A DNA stretch of 64,000 nt from Nitrospirales bacterium (GTDB lineage Bacteria; Nitrospirota; Nitrospiria; Nitrospirales; UBA8639): positions 2,112,001 to 2,176,000 of the forward strand of contig OY820905.2 of NCBI GenBank assembly GCA_963555755.3, in the 5' to 3' direction. This document shows, one piece after another, positions 35,165-50,010 of this stretch. The notes below the pieces were generated by a model, which saw only the letters and a list, made by a program, of their open reading frames with translations, was not told where the DNA came from and did not search any database. Numbering within the stretch: the first letter of the stretch is position 1; each line of letters begins with the position of its first letter. A program made the position numbers and the translations under genes.

Positions 35165-35372
35165 CCCTAAACTTTTTTGCGAGCAGCTGTCGCAAGTGAT
35201 GTCTGTCCAAAGCCATGTCGGTGAGGAGCCGGAACAGCTTCAGATTCCATTCGTCGAGCTGTTTGAGTTGCAGAACCTCCCTGCTAGAGAACCTGCGGTC
35301 TATTCCCCGCCATCTGAGTTGTGCCCAGGAGTTTGGCTCCCAACGTAAAAGGGTGAGGTTCCAGGAGCTCAA
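35165..35372 (-). pseudogene. IS3-family orfA remnant
   Basis: LKQLDEWNLKLFRLLTDMALDRHHLRQLLAKKF resembles the orfA coiled-coil end. Confidence 0.55.
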
Positions 35373-36506
35373 GGCTCACTTCGGCCATCGTGTGGTTAGG
35401 AGGGTTGGTTGAGGATACTCCGTAAAGAGTTCGCCACGTTCTCATCATAACCATCTTCCTGCGAACCTATGTCATTCCATTCGGGGAATAGTGAAAAAGT
35501 GTGCCCTGAGCCCTGCAACCTGGCTCAAGATAAATTCCTTCGAAGGGGGTACCAGCGGTGTTCCCTTGGGACGTCATGCGTGAAGCGTAATCGGTGAAGC
35601 GTAGGGGAAAAAGAGCATACGGTGTTTCTCCCACGGATCACGCACCCGGCCTTCCTTCGGCAAGACTCAGGACACGTTTTGAATATCCCCCTTCGTTCTT
35701 TATGGTGTATCCAGTTGGTCCGATGTGGACGATGTTGCGAGAATTTTGAGTTCTTTAACAGTTCCTTTCGGTCGTGTGTCTGAAAACACCTATCGGCTAT
35801 ATTGGCGGATTCTTGCTAGCACAAGATGCCTTTGGGCAAACAGGTATGAATAGAAAGATTATAGGGTGAACTTTTTGCGGTGAGGAGAATTCTTGGGCAA
35901 GATCACACAATACAAATGAAAACGGATGAAGGATTCATCCTCGCTTCAGATTGAAACCGGCCTCACTGTTTTTCGAGCAGCCACAGGTGCACCACATCAA
36001 AATGGCACGAGTATACGGGATCGCCTACGTCAAGCGACCCTCCCGTTGCATCACCTCGTTGAGAATTTTCTACGTTCCGTTGAGAGCCACAGCTCCTCAA
36101 TCAGGCTCTATGGGTATAGGGCTCAGTACGCGTGTTTTAGAATAGACCCCTTCACCTGCTGACTGGCCCGATCCTAGAAAAATGAACCGGTCAGACCCTC
36201 CGCGTAGGATACACTCCCGCATATCAGGCAGCGGAGTCTGCAGATTGACCCCACACCAGGTTCTTTGGTACTTTGCGGTCCAGTCAAACAGGCCATTTAA
36301 AATTCCTATTCCCAACGCCTGGTGAGGGAGCGGAAGGCAAATGGCAAGTGAGTAGGGTGCTGATTCGAGAAGGGTGAGACGTAGGGTATGACGGGGGCAC
36401 GAAGGGGAAGGAGTGGTCTGAGTGAATGATTGCTGAACCTCAATGAACTTCATGCCGTCAATGAAGACCGCATTGGGGCAGCCTATTTCTAGTTCGGCAC
36501 TGAGAT

Positions 36507-36947
36507 ATGACCACCCTAGAGAACACTAAACGTCTCCTTCTTCGGGCAAGCTATATCTTGCTAGGACCAACTCTTTCGTTGCTAGCCATATTATTGTTAG
36601 TGGCGCAATTCTTAGAGATGACTGGCAGAAGAGAGATTCTGCCTCTGACGTCCTTCGTTGTGCTGGTATCCTTCAGTGCCCTGGCATTCAACTGGTGCAG
36701 AACATCTTCAACATTTTCTTCTGAAGCGGCACTCGAGAGAGTATTTCGGTCTGCGGTCGAGCTATTTATCGCAAGCTTGCTCGCCCTGGTGTCGGTCGCA
36801 TTGGGGTTCATGAAGGAAGGCACCATCTGGATTCCCGCAGCCCTTGCTCTGCCTATTTTCATTCTTCACTGGATTTTCCTTGCGCTTGCGCTTCTCCTTT
36901 TTCTCCTGTCTATTTTCACTCTGATATCTCTCGCTCGACCGAAGTAG
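36507..36947 (+). CDS. Hypothetical membrane protein (~4 TM)
   Basis: 146-aa hydrophobic ORF. Confidence 0.6.
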   Translation: MTTLENTKRLLLRASYILLGPTLSLLAILLLVAQFLEMTGRREILPLTSFVVLVSFSALAFNWCRTSSTFSSEAALERVFRSAVELFIASLLALVSVALGFMKEGTIWIPAALALPIFILHWIFLALALLLFLLSIFTLISLARPK

Positions 36948-37028
36948 ACCATCCCCCACCGCCACTTCCCACGCCCCCTCCTCCGAGATACTTGCCATCC
37001 AACTGGGGAATGTTCAAAAAAGCATGCC

Positions 37029-38870
<1,842 letters not shown>

Positions 38871-39501
38871 GTTGTCGTTTAATAGTGCCGGTGGGGTGCT
38901 GAAGTCCTTGGACCACATGACTCATCACGATGTCAGTCTGCTGTATCACGAACTCCTGCATGCGTATCTTGATTACTTGTTCAATGGGCCTGGACCGGAA
39001 GGCCTGAGCACAAACGCGAATCGAGTGCGCACGTTTGCCAATGCACAGCTTCGTTGCCACTATCGTTTTGTGCGGATCAATCCCGTGCGGCAACGACGCG
39101 ATGCCACCGAGATGCGGTTCCTATCTCAAGAAGATGCCTGGGAAGTGATCAACGAAACCTGGGCCGTGTTTATCGGCTGGCAAATCTGGACGAAATTAGA
39201 ACAGCATCGGGAAAGCCCGCGCATAGCCCCCTGGACCGAACCCTTGCTGGAAGATTGGGCGATCCGCCTGGCTGCGGCCAACACCGGTGGGGAGTTGCTG
39301 GGATATTACGAGCCAGACGATCCTGATGAACGACGAATTGCCCGCAAACGCTTTATAGCCCCCTCCCATGGGTTAACTCCCGAAAGAGCCAAACTTCTAA
39401 TCGAAGTCATATTGGAAGAGCCGAAAGACGTGATCGACGAAGGCAGCTTCGTCATCAAAGAAACCCAAGATACCTCCCAAGAAAAACTCCCGTGTAATTA
39501 G
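38871..39501 (+). pseudogene. 5'-truncated hypothetical gene with HExxH motif
   Basis: LYHELLHAYLDY; fused to the IS1380 breakpoint. Confidence 0.5.
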
Positions 39502-39811
39502 ATAGGTATTGAACTTGCTATTCCTCGTAGGTCCCCCCTTTGGAAAAGGGGGTTAGGGGGATTTTCAAATCTTTTTCCATCTGAATACCCCGTCAGCTTG
39601 CTCCGGGTATCTTTATTAAAGCAGGGGATAAAAAGATTAAAAAAATTCCCCTCCTTTGTAAGGAGGGGCTAGGGGAGGTAGAGTCTCCCTCTGTTAGGGT
39701 TGGGGAGAAATCTTCCTCCAGCTGATCACCCAAACCTCGACAACAGCAATCCAAAGATGCTAGCGTCGAGCCAGGCAGTGGTCATTTGAATTGGCTCGAA
39801 ATAATTGAAAC

Positions 39812-39887
39812 GCGCCTGTAGCTCAGTGGATAGAGCACTGGCCTCCGGAGCCAGGTGCCGCAGGTTCAAATCCTGCCAGGCGCGCCA
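39812..39887 (+). tRNA. tRNA-Arg(CCG)
   Basis: GCGCCTG/CAGGCGC acceptor stem, anticodon loop CTCCGGA, GGTTCAAATCC, encoded CCA. Confidence 0.97.
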
Positions 39888-40051
39888 TTTTTATGATAAG
39901 GGTTTGTGCTAGGTCCCCCTCCTTTGTAAAGAGGGGCAAGGGGAGGTAGAAACCCCCTGATTCAAAGAAGTAATGGATTTTGTTTTTCGTAAAAATTTTA
40001 TCGAAACACGAGATACGCTTCACGAGATACCATTAGTTTTCTCCCCTCGGT

Positions 40052-40127
40052 GGGTCGTTAGCTCAGCTGGTAGAGCAGCTGACTCTTAATCAGCGGGCCC
40101 GGGGTTCGATCCCCCGACGACCCACCA
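40052..40127 (+). tRNA. tRNA-Lys(CTT)
   Basis: GGGTCGT/ACGACCC acceptor stem, anticodon loop CTCTTAA, GGTTCGATCC, encoded CCA. Confidence 0.97.
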
Positions 40128-40499
40128 TCTTTTTCTACATAGTATTGTACTTCCCCCGATGTGGTGGACACATCAGAAAAGCGCCATGATCCGACAAGGG
40201 GCAAAACAGCCGGTCCAAAGGCCCAACAGAATCACCGCCACCGATGATCACATGTCTTGCATGCTCAATTCTTGAGACACGGCATACACCCACCCAGCAC
40301 AACTTCGCCTCGCATCGCTTGTTCCTCCAACTCGGATGAGGGTAAGCCATACATGATTGGCACGGTCTGTTTACTCCCACATTTGGGGCAATGAGATGGT
40401 TCTGGGTCCTCGGTCATGCCAAAAGTCTAATGGTCAAAAGGGTAACCTGTTGGCCCCTTCAGGGCACTCCGGGTAAACGACACGCATGAAGATGTCTCC

Positions 40500-41168
40500 C
40501 TATGTTCGCCATCCGTTTGGTTTCGGAACGCCGAACAGGTATCGCCGCCCTTCGCCTCGGTGCACGGCTGGCACGAAGCGCCACTCCACGTCCTGTCGAC
40601 TCGCCGCGAAGTCCTCGAACCAGGTTCGATTATCGATGTCCTCAAACCGGTCCTGAAACCCGATCAGAAAGTAACGGAAGCGGGCGAGGGCAGGCCGCCA
40701 CTCCTCCCGCAGCCCGAGGGGAGTTTCGCTGAGCGACCACGTGGCCAGGAAGACCGCATCGCCCTGCGAACCGGCCGAAGGTGATGCTTCCTCCCGGCGT
40801 TCGGAACGCGTGATCCCGAAGAGTGCGTCGGCGAGCTCGCCTTCGCCGACCTCCGCCCTCACCGACCGTAGATAGAACCGTTGCAGGGCGGAGAACTCTG
40901 GCAAGTCGTGGATATGGTAACGGCCGCGAAACCCGAGTCGCGTGACGAGTCGAGCCATGCTCCCGTATCCGCCACCGAACTCCACGATCTCGGTGCAGGC
41001 GACGATAGACCGTCCCGTGGCACTCTCAAACCGATGGAAGTGGTACGCGTGGTGGATGAGGGTGCCGCTCGTAGTGGGGTAAATATGGCTCGGCATCGGC
41101 AGACCTGCCCGATTCTCTCGGAGCGCATCTCTCCAGCGCGTCTCCCACCCGCTCGAATGGCGAAGCGC
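40500..41168 (-). pseudogene. Putative sugar O-methyltransferase, 5' end removed by IS630
   Basis: IVEFGGGYG, DLPEFSALQRFYL, ATWSLSE; GC-rich; abuts the IS630 end. Confidence 0.7.
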
Positions 41169-41785
41169 TATAGTAATTTCAATATTTAACTATAGTTCTT
41201 AATGATGCTGTCAATTGTTTCAAGTTCATGAAATTCTCTTCTTTTTTTGATGGCCGCAACGTCGTGGTCGATGGGATTGAAGTCTGGCGAATAGGGCGGC
41301 AGCAACAAGAGTGTTGCGCCGGCTTGTTCAATGAACTCTTGGGTTTTGTTGGACTTATGAAACGCGGCATTGTCCATCACCACCACATGATTCTCATTCA
41401 GCACCGGGCAGAGTGATTCTTCCAGCCATTGAGTGAAAATCTGTGTCGTACACGTACCCTCCCACAACTGAGTGGCCTGCAGGGCCCCATCTATTGGGGC
41501 CGCTAAGAAGCAGGTGCGTGGACGGGAATTCCCTGGGCGTAACCCATAAACCTGCTGCCCCCGCGATGCCCGGCCATACCGCCGGACTACTTCCGGCTCA
41601 ACGCCACTTTCATCACCATAGACAAAAGCCTTTTTCCGCCGTCGATCGCGCTCTCGAAGCCGCAAATAGGCTTTCCGTTTCATCGGATCGCGCTCCTTGT
41701 AGCCCCCAGTCTTTTTTTACGGGTGATGCCCCATTTTTTGCACGCATAGAAAATCGTGGACGGATGCGGTGCCGTCAACTCACCT
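41169..41785 (-). mobile_element. IS630-family remnant
   Basis: YGDESG, VMDNAAFHK, LPPYSPDFNPID; TA-flanked end at 41169. Confidence 0.85.
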
Positions 41786-42039
41786 AAGTTAGCGCATATG
41801 GGTATTGTCAACTTAGGGGAATTTGATCAATAAATAGGCAGTTCTTCCTATCATAACTCATTGATTGTTCAGGATTGAGATTATGGGCTCAAGGTAGAAA
41901 TGAAGCCAAGTTTAGCTTAAGTTGCGGATTCATATAATAAGTGCAATTCCTTCGGGAACATGGATGATTTCGTTCCAGCAATGTACCCCATCGTGGCACC
42001 CTGAGAAATTGCACTTATTATATGAATCCGCGCTCGCCC

Positions 42040-42182
42040 CCCCTACTCATGCCCGCTACGATCTGGACGACCGCAGCACTCGGAACCGGAACGGGCTTCG
42101 GGATGTATGTTCTCAGCACACTCGCGACCTTCATCGTCTTTCTCATCCTGGTGGCGCAGCACATGCCCTGGCTAAGTTTTAG
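42040..42182 (+). pseudogene. MgtC/SapB-family C-terminal fragment
   Basis: ATIWTTAALGTGTGFG motif. Confidence 0.5.
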
Positions 42183-42249
42183 CGAGGACCGCCCCCATCA
42201 TGGTGACCCAATCCATGTCATCTCCTTCCTTGCTTCTGCATGTGTGGAC

Positions 42250-43416
42250 TCACTGAGGGGCGGATTGCTCGTCTTGCGCCACATGGCCTCTCATGGACTT
42301 TTCAACGATGTTGGTTTGAATTTCCCACGCAATGACGCGGGCCAGTTGGTCTGTCGAGAGCGCGCCCATGGGCAGGCCCTTTGTGTCGGGATAAAACGAA
42401 TCCTCCGGGGCGGCGATGCGATGATAATTCACCAAGATCTTTGCGGGTTGAATCGGCGTTCCGCGTTCTCCCACGAAGACGGCGTTGTCTTTCATCGCCA
42501 CACGGGTTCGCGTTGCCCAATCGCGGTCATCGATGTTGACAAAGGCCACGTTCCAGACTTTTCCATTGAGCAGACTTCTGACCGCTCGCTGGGTGTGTTC
42601 CTGGAAAAATGGCTCACGAACAATGAGTTGCAGAGCCTCGCGAACACGGATGTCATACAATCGGGTGGTTTCATCTTGGTGCGTCGGCCGCGTGAGTGTG
42701 GTTGAGCCTACTTCATAGTAGCCTTGTCCCTTGAGGCGCTGCTGATCATCCTCGGTGGTGAGGTAGGTTGCGAACAGACGTTGGAGGCTCTGGAGGCGTT
42801 CGTTTCCCGACATGGCACGAATGTCTTTGTTGGTGTTAATCGGGGCTTTCTGAAGATCTCGACGGATGCGCACCCGGTTGAACCTAGGTGCCATGGATGC
42901 TTTACTGACCACCCATTGAAACTCCCTAGCCAGCGACGGAATCAGTTTTTTAGGATGGGTGAGATGGCCCTTCTCCTCTAACATCGATGCACTGATGAGC
43001 AGTTTGACCTTGCCTTTGTGTTTTGTTCTGACCACAAGGAAAGTAAATTCTTTTCCCTCTCGGTTCACCACTCGGTGTTCAATCAAGACCTTTTGGAGTA
43101 GATCCTTGGTCAGCGCTTCATCGAAGCGTTTGTATTGAGTCCGGTGCTGTATCATTTGGCTCAATGCGTCGACGACAGTATGGATGGCCTTAAGAGCGTG
43201 CGTGTGATCAAAGTTCGCGCCTCTCGCTCCAAATTCTCCCTTCCCCCAAAATACCTGAAATGGCGCACCAGGAATCGGGTGCCCTGTTATCATGCTTCTT
43301 TCTGGAAATGTATCTCCTTCATGTGTCCTGGGGCTTCCGCTGGCCGGGGAACCAAGCATGGCCAGCCAGCCTATGGCTAACAATGCGACCCAACACCGTC
43401 CTACCCAATGCCGCAC
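42250..43416 (-). CDS. Hypothetical secreted protein
   Basis: 388-aa ORF with signal peptide; no family recognised. Confidence 0.7.
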   Translation of the reverse strand: MRHWVGRCWVALLAIGWLAMLGSPASGSPRTHEGDTFPERSMITGHPIPGAPFQVFWGKGEFGARGANFDHTHALKAIHTVVDALSQMIQHRTQYKRFDEALTKDLLQKVLIEHRVVNREGKEFTFLVVRTKHKGKVKLLISASMLEEKGHLTHPKKLIPSLAREFQWVVSKASMAPRFNRVRIRRDLQKAPINTNKDIRAMSGNERLQSLQRLFATYLTTEDDQQRLKGQGYYEVGSTTLTRPTHQDETTRLYDIRVREALQLIVREPFFQEHTQRAVRSLLNGKVWNVAFVNIDDRDWATRTRVAMKDNAVFVGERGTPIQPAKILVNYHRIAAPEDSFYPDTKGLPMGALSTDQLARVIAWEIQTNIVEKSMRGHVAQDEQSAPQ

Positions 43417-43840
43417 ACTGGTACATTGCCCCTTGGGACTAGGGTTGCGATTTTGGAATAAAAAGAGTTGGAATCTTTGAGTTTACATCTCATTTAAAGG
43501 GGGAATAGGAATTTCCAAAGGCCTGTTTGACTGGACAGCACGGTACCAAATAATTCGGTGAAGGGTCAATCCGCAGACTCCGCCGTCTGATATGCCGGAG
43601 TTTATCCTGCGAGGAGGGTCTGACCGGCCCATTTTTCTAGGATCGGGCCAGCATGTCGCTCCATTGCGGTGTGTGAGTGGGGGAACTGGGCAAAGGAAGC
43701 CTGTCGGCTCGAGCACTGAACCGGAATCCAGGGTGGGATGAGGCTGTCTGGGTCTGTTGAATATTTCAGGTTCAAGGCCCATAGATGCTTCAGGTAAGCC
43801 TGCTCGCACCAGTGGGAGGGAACGTTCAAAAAAGCATGCC

Positions 43841-45058
<1,218 letters not shown>

Positions 45059-45179
45059 GTCTTTCCGAAGGGTCTATCCAGCAAGGCCGCAGCCCTTTTG
45101 ACGCGCGGAGCGTACTCTCAGTACGTGAGCACGGCAAAATGGCGAGAACGCCGCTGGCGGCTTTTTTCAACATTCCCTG

Positions 45180-45310
45180 TCTGGAAGCATTCGTCGATGC
45201 GAGCCGGTGACCGCGGTGGAGCACGCGTGGGCACATCCAGGTGGGCGAGAATCATGACGATCACGGCGGGATCTTCAATGGCCGGGATGAGGGTTAAGGG
45301 GCCTACACAG
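45180..45310 (-). pseudogene. IS91/ISCR-like transposase C-terminal fragment
   Basis: AIEDPAVIVMILAHL..RAPPRSPAR. Confidence 0.65.
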
Positions 45311-45454
45311 GGTCGAACTAAATAAGTCAATACTCATGCCTGACCCCATACTTGACCCCTACTCATTTTTCTAGGATCGGGCCAGCACGTCGCTCCATTG
45401 TGGCGTGTGAGGGTGGGAACTGGGCAAAGGGAGCGTGTCGGCTGCAAGTCACAG

Positions 45455-45919
45455 TTAAGGCGTTGTGGTGGTATCTTCACAGTGAGAATTTGAGAGACTA
45501 GTGTAATCTATTTGCCCATCGATGTTTTCTGCTATACCGTTGTAGCACACATGTGTGTGTTTCCAGCCTTTACTATTCCAACCCGCGACAGTTTTTGAAG
45601 TACCACATATAATGACTGCTCTGGCACTAGTTCCTGCCGGAAAAACATACTCCGCTGTTTCACCGGGCTTTTTATTACCTCTTCTTTTACAGATAAACAC
45701 CCTATTACCACCAGTGTTACCGCAAGGTTCACTGCCCGCACATCCCACTGCCATGAATAACACATCAAATGAAACACCATCAGGGAATCCCACGCCATCT
45801 ATCGTGTTGGTCTCAATAGTGACCTTATACTTGTTGCCACTCCCAGCGATTGAATTAGCTGGTAAAACAGAGATTGCCATCAGTGAAATTCCTAAAATCA
45901 ACATGGATTTTTTAATCAT
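45455..45919 (-). CDS. Cys-rich secreted hypothetical protein
   Basis: Signal peptide MIKKSMLILG..SIA, six Cys, AGGAGG RBS. Confidence 0.65.
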   Translation of the reverse strand: MIKKSMLILGISLMAISVLPANSIAGSGNKYKVTIETNTIDGVGFPDGVSFDVLFMAVGCAGSEPCGNTGGNRVFICKRRGNKKPGETAEYVFPAGTSARAVIICGTSKTVAGWNSKGWKHTHVCYNGIAENIDGQIDYTSLSNSHCEDTTTTP

Positions 45920-45945
45920 TGTCTGTCCTCCTGTATTGATTGCCC

Positions 45946-47032
45946 CTTGCTTATCCTGTTTGCCCACCAACGTACGACCTATAGTAGGGTGGCCGTAGAT
46001 ACATGAGCGCAATGATCCCAATCCCCGTTGTAAAGGCCTCGATACGTGGGGCCGGGCACCTTCATGCCGATACCCAATAGGGAAGCGAAAGCCGTCATCG
46101 GGTAAAAGGGACGGTTGAACCGGAATACGAATTCATTCAGATAGGCCGACAGGTGTTGCGTGCTGACGCTATGGTGAGTTCCCATCAGCCAAGTCTTCAG
46201 ATTCGAGAAGGCGATGTGGATCATAGGGAGGTGGATATCGGTTTTCTCGCGATCGCCATTGCGCACCATGGGCTCGTGCGCGTACCCCAATTGTGTCAGA
46301 TTGTCGTAGCCGCCCCATTCGTCGGTGCGCACCATGGCGCCCGTGACTACGCTCTCCTGCACGAACCCCGTGAGCGTTTTGGCCCCGCGGTTTGGCACGA
46401 GACACAAGCGCAACCTTCCTGCGTAAACGGCTCGGTGGGGCTTTTTGCCATCAACGCCGAGCGGCCGAGGGCGAACTTCGATGGCACCAGCAACCATCGA
46501 TTGATGGTGGACGCCACGTCCTTTGCTCTTGGTGCGCCCCCCCACCAGCGTTTCATCCACCTCGACTGGCCAATCTGCGCCAATCCGGTCGGGGTTGGGG
46601 CGAACCATGCCAGCGCGGAGCTTGTGGAGCATCTGGAATGCGGTCTCGTAGCGAGTCAGCCCAAGCTGGCGCTGAAGCTGCACCGCAGACACGCCGGGCG
46701 TTTGCGTCGTCACCAGATACGCGCCCAAAAACCACGCCTGCAAGGGCGTCCTTGTCGCATGCATGACGGTGCCAGCGGTCAGCGCCACATCACTGTGGCA
46801 ATGTCGGCATCGAATCATCCGTGGTCTCGTGACGATGCGCTGCGCCTTGCTGCTCACGCCGCACGTTGGGCACGCAAATCCGTCCGGCCACCGGATGGCC
46901 TCAAGATAGGCCGCACACGCCATTTCGCTGGGAAACATCTGTTGAAACTCAAGCAACGACTGGGGGTGGCGAATTTCCATGACGATCATACCCTACCTAT
47001 TAGCGTGAGGGTGTGTCAACCGGATAAGCAAG
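45946..47032 (-). mobile_element. IS1595-family element, second type (transposase 45979-46989)
   Basis: TIR CTTGCTTATCC; near-TSD GATTGCCC/GTTTGCCC; Zn ribbon, VEVDET, YLNEFVFRFNR. Confidence 0.9.
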
Positions 47033-47097
47033 GTTTGCCCTATCTTCAACAGCGCACTTCGACCTTTTTATTGTGCCAAACCCGATGGGGTAAGTTT

Positions 47098-47410
47098 TCA
47101 GGCTTGGTGATTTCTCAATTCCGGGCCTGGTTGGTTTGGCTTTCTCGATCCCCCGGTTTTGACCATTTTCCCTTTACCCCGAATTGCTGGTGTCACCCGT
47201 GACCGATACTTACTGTTCGGCGTACATACGCCAAGAAAACGGGTAAGATTTACTCTGGGTTTGGGCACCAGAGTCCCCAGCCTGGACCAGCTACAGGCCG
47301 CATCCATCCATTACCGAATCGCCATTCGTCCGTCCGCCGGGCCCGGGTGAGAAGGAACAAGCCGTGCGCCCCGATGACCTGGATGCAGTGCCTCAAGCGG
47401 GTGGTTTGCT
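47098..47410. pseudogene. IS91/ISCR-like transposase fragments in opposite orientations
   Basis: Minus strand LVPKPRVNLTRF..PNSKYRSRVTP; plus strand APMTWMQCLKRV. Confidence 0.65.
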
Positions 47411-47535
47411 CGGGTGTAAATATTTTTGGTCTTGCCATTTTTGAGTTCTCTTTTGCTTCAGTTTAAGCGGAAAACTTGGATTGAGAGATGCGGAGTGTAG
47501 GTATAATTAAACCTATTGTCAAGTCCAAGATCTTT

Positions 47536-47870
47536 CCCAAAATCCGCGATGGATTTTGTCAACAGGACTCCTTTGGCGAAAACCACCTGTTTCATCCACT
47601 AGAGAAGTCGCATGGTCAATGTTCTTGCTGGATCCGAGGCCGCCTCCAAGGGATTCCTTGCCGCACTGGGTGTAACCTGCTCCTTCTGGGCAAACTGCTC
47701 CTTTCATGCTTCCTCTCGCGTCTGATTCCTGCCCTGGCTTATGCCTGGGCAGCTTCCGCACAGCGCGTCCGAATCTCCGCACACACGCCCCAAAACCATT
47801 GCTGCACTTTGAGGATCACCGCGCCGGCATGCCGGACCACGTTGCCCGCCAGCTGATACCGCCGCCAACG
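47536..47870 (-). mobile_element. IS1380-family 3' fragment
   Basis: TIR CCCAAAATCCGCGATGG; homologous to 57813-58145; cut at the GGGGTCA array. Confidence 0.8.
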
Positions 47871-47912
47871 GGTTAGGGGTCAGGTTAGGGTCAGGTTAGG
47901 GGTCAGGTTAGG
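47871..47912 (+). repeat. GGTTAGGG(G)TCA tandem array, outer part of a Y1-element left end
   Basis: 3.5 units; rejoins to GGTCAAGTCACTTGCTTCA at 54641 when the intron is removed. Confidence 0.85.
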
Positions 47913-48016
47913 GTAGAGTAGAGCACTGGTGCATACATGGAGCTGCTCTCGAACGCTTCGACGCACGCGTCTACCACGGACCATAGCAGTCAGCACTTCC
48001 CAGCGCCCCCTCATCA

Positions 48017-50010
48017 GTAGGGTCGAGGACTGGCGCGCCAACGGTAGGGTTCGGTGGCTCCTCCACCCCTTTCGGAATGGGCCTCAGTCCGACTCCCCTG
48101 GTCACGGTTCCAGTCCCCGCCACCTCAAACCCGGCGTGCTGATTTCCAGCACCGGGCTTTCCTGGATGCTTCACCTCAAGGGTTATGTGACCTATCAGCC
48201 TGGAAGGACTTTCATGCCGACCCGTTGTACCGCACTCGGTAATCTCCATATAAGCCAAGTACCGTGTAGAGCCAAACCTTACTCCACCTCTTCCAGCCAA
48301 AACCTCGACGGTGGCGCACTCGCATCATGTGCCGCCGGACCTTCCGCTCCACCCAATCCTTCACGTAGGATAAACACCGACTCGCATGCCCAATCCGGAA
48401 GTCGTTCACCCAGCCCCGTACGATCGGATTGATCATGGCGATCATCCGTCCCACCGGCTGGGATTGCCCGCGTCGGAACACTTCCTTGAGCTTCCGCAGC
48501 AACGCGGTGCGCCGCTTCACCTTCGGTATGTACTGCGGGCGCCACACTCCACGCCGCGACCGCACACGCCGAAAGTCAAAGCCCAGAAAGCCGAAGCTGC
48601 CTCCCTGACTCAGGTCCACGATTCGGCTCTTCTCCTCATTCACCTGAAGGTCTAATTGGGCCAACGCCTCTCGCAGCTTCCGCTCCGCAACCTGCGCCAG
48701 TTGTGCGTGGCGGCGATAGCCATCCACTAACACGACGAGGTCATCCGCAAACCGGACATACTCGAGATACGTATACTGGCCCTGCCGGGTTGTCTCCTTC
48801 AGCTGCTCCAGCCTCTCATCCACTTCCGTGAGATAGAGGTTGGCCAGCAGCGGGGAAATCACACCCCCTTGAGGCACCCCACGCGGGCCGGACGCCTTGA
48901 CGATGAGTTTCACCAGCCGCAGGATCGCGGGATCCTGGATGCGTCGGGCCACCTTCGCCAGCAGCCGGTCATGCCGCACCGTGTCGAAGAAGGCCGCCAG
49001 ATCCACATCAATCACTCGCGTCTTGTTCTGCACCATCGCCTGAGCCACCCGGCCAATCGCCTGATGGGCTGTCCGTTTCGGTCGATACCCATACGACCCG
49101 TCCCGAAAATCCGCCTCAAAGATCGGTTCCAGCAGGAGCTTGAGCGCTCCCTGTACCACGCGGTCCCGAATCGCGGGTATCCCTAAGACGCGGACTCGTC
49201 CACCGCCTTTCGAAATCTCCACGTGCCGGTTCCGCATCGGTCGGTAGGTCTGCGTGACCAGTTCGTCCCGTAGTCGTGCAAGAAAGGGCTCCACCCCCGT
49301 GGCCTCGATGCCAGCAAACGTCACCCCATCAATGCCGGGGGCTCCGTTGTTTTTCTTGGCCATCGAATAGGCCGCGCGTAGCGTCGCCTCTTTGCACACG
49401 TGGACGTACAAGCCCCACACCCGCCATCGCTTCTCAGCCTTCGCCTTGACGTAGAGCCGCTGTCGCAGGTCTTGCAGTGTAATGGACGCCGTTGTCATCT
49501 CGTCCCTGCCTCCCATGTTGATCACAGCCTACAGCCAGTAGGGCTCCTTTGCTCCACAGGCATGACCCTGCTTCCTCGCTCCTACGAGCCCCTCCGCCAC
49601 CCTCTCGTCTTCGGCTCACTTCCCAGAGAGCTGGTTATAGAGCCGATCTTCCTCCAGGGATTTCTCCCTGGGACGAGGAGGGCTTCTCCAGTTGCGTCGT
49701 CTGTCCTTGCTCCCGTGCTGTCGCTCTCACCCCGCCGGAGTGGCCAGGCGTCTCAGCCTTGGTTCGCCTGTCCATGCCGTCTTCGTCCTACGGACAGGGA
49801 CTCGACCTCCGAGGTTTCATACTTTCGAGGCTACCTCTGCGTTCACTTGCGTTACGGCCCGGGAACTCGCTCACCATCCTCTACGATGGCTTTGTCGATG
49901 GGCTTCAGCGTCTCGGTTTCTCTCCACGCTGCCATCCAAGCTACAGGGCTCAGGCTCTTACCCTGGTGGGCTTGCTTCCCACTGAACAGTCTCGCCTTAC
50001 CTGGACACAC
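48017..50010 (-). mobile_element. Group II intron, tandem copy A (1994 bp)
   Basis: 5' GTGTG, DV AAGCCCGGTGCTGGAAATCAGCACGCCGGGTTT, 3' CGACCCTAC. Confidence 0.93.
48212..49525 (-). CDS. ltrA: Group II intron reverse transcriptase/maturase, no endonuclease domain
   Basis: GAPGIDG, LGIPAIRDRVVQ, SYGYRP, GVPQGGVISPLLANLYL, RFADD, FLGF, domain X. Confidence 0.95.
   Translation of the reverse strand: MINMGGRDEMTTASITLQDLRQRLYVKAKAEKRWRVWGLYVHVCKEATLRAAYSMAKKNNGAPGIDGVTFAGIEATGVEPFLARLRDELVTQTYRPMRNRHVEISKGGGRVRVLGIPAIRDRVVQGALKLLLEPIFEADFRDGSYGYRPKRTAHQAIGRVAQAMVQNKTRVIDVDLAAFFDTVRHDRLLAKVARRIQDPAILRLVKLIVKASGPRGVPQGGVISPLLANLYLTEVDERLEQLKETTRQGQYTYLEYVRFADDLVVLVDGYRRHAQLAQVAERKLREALAQLDLQVNEEKSRIVDLSQGGSFGFLGFDFRRVRSRRGVWRPQYIPKVKRRTALLRKLKEVFRRGQSQPVGRMIAMINPIVRGWVNDFRIGHASRCLSYVKDWVERKVRRHMMRVRHRRGFGWKRWSKVWLYTVLGLYGDYRVRYNGSA

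Noticed and set aside
39530..39955. CCCCTCC..GGAGGGG palindromes as a novel system
   Set aside because: Common REP-like hairpins (also near 6750 and 24970) with no associated gene here.
42022..42705. 227-aa gene
   Set aside because: Only the first part resembles MgtC; the rest is antisense to the 42250-43416 gene.
46153..47202. 349-aa plus-strand ORF
   Set aside because: Antisense shadow of the IS1595 transposase.
47871..47912. Eukaryotic telomere repeat (TTAGGG)
   Set aside because: The unit is GGTTAGGGGTCA and rejoins to the Y1 TIR; the resemblance is incidental.
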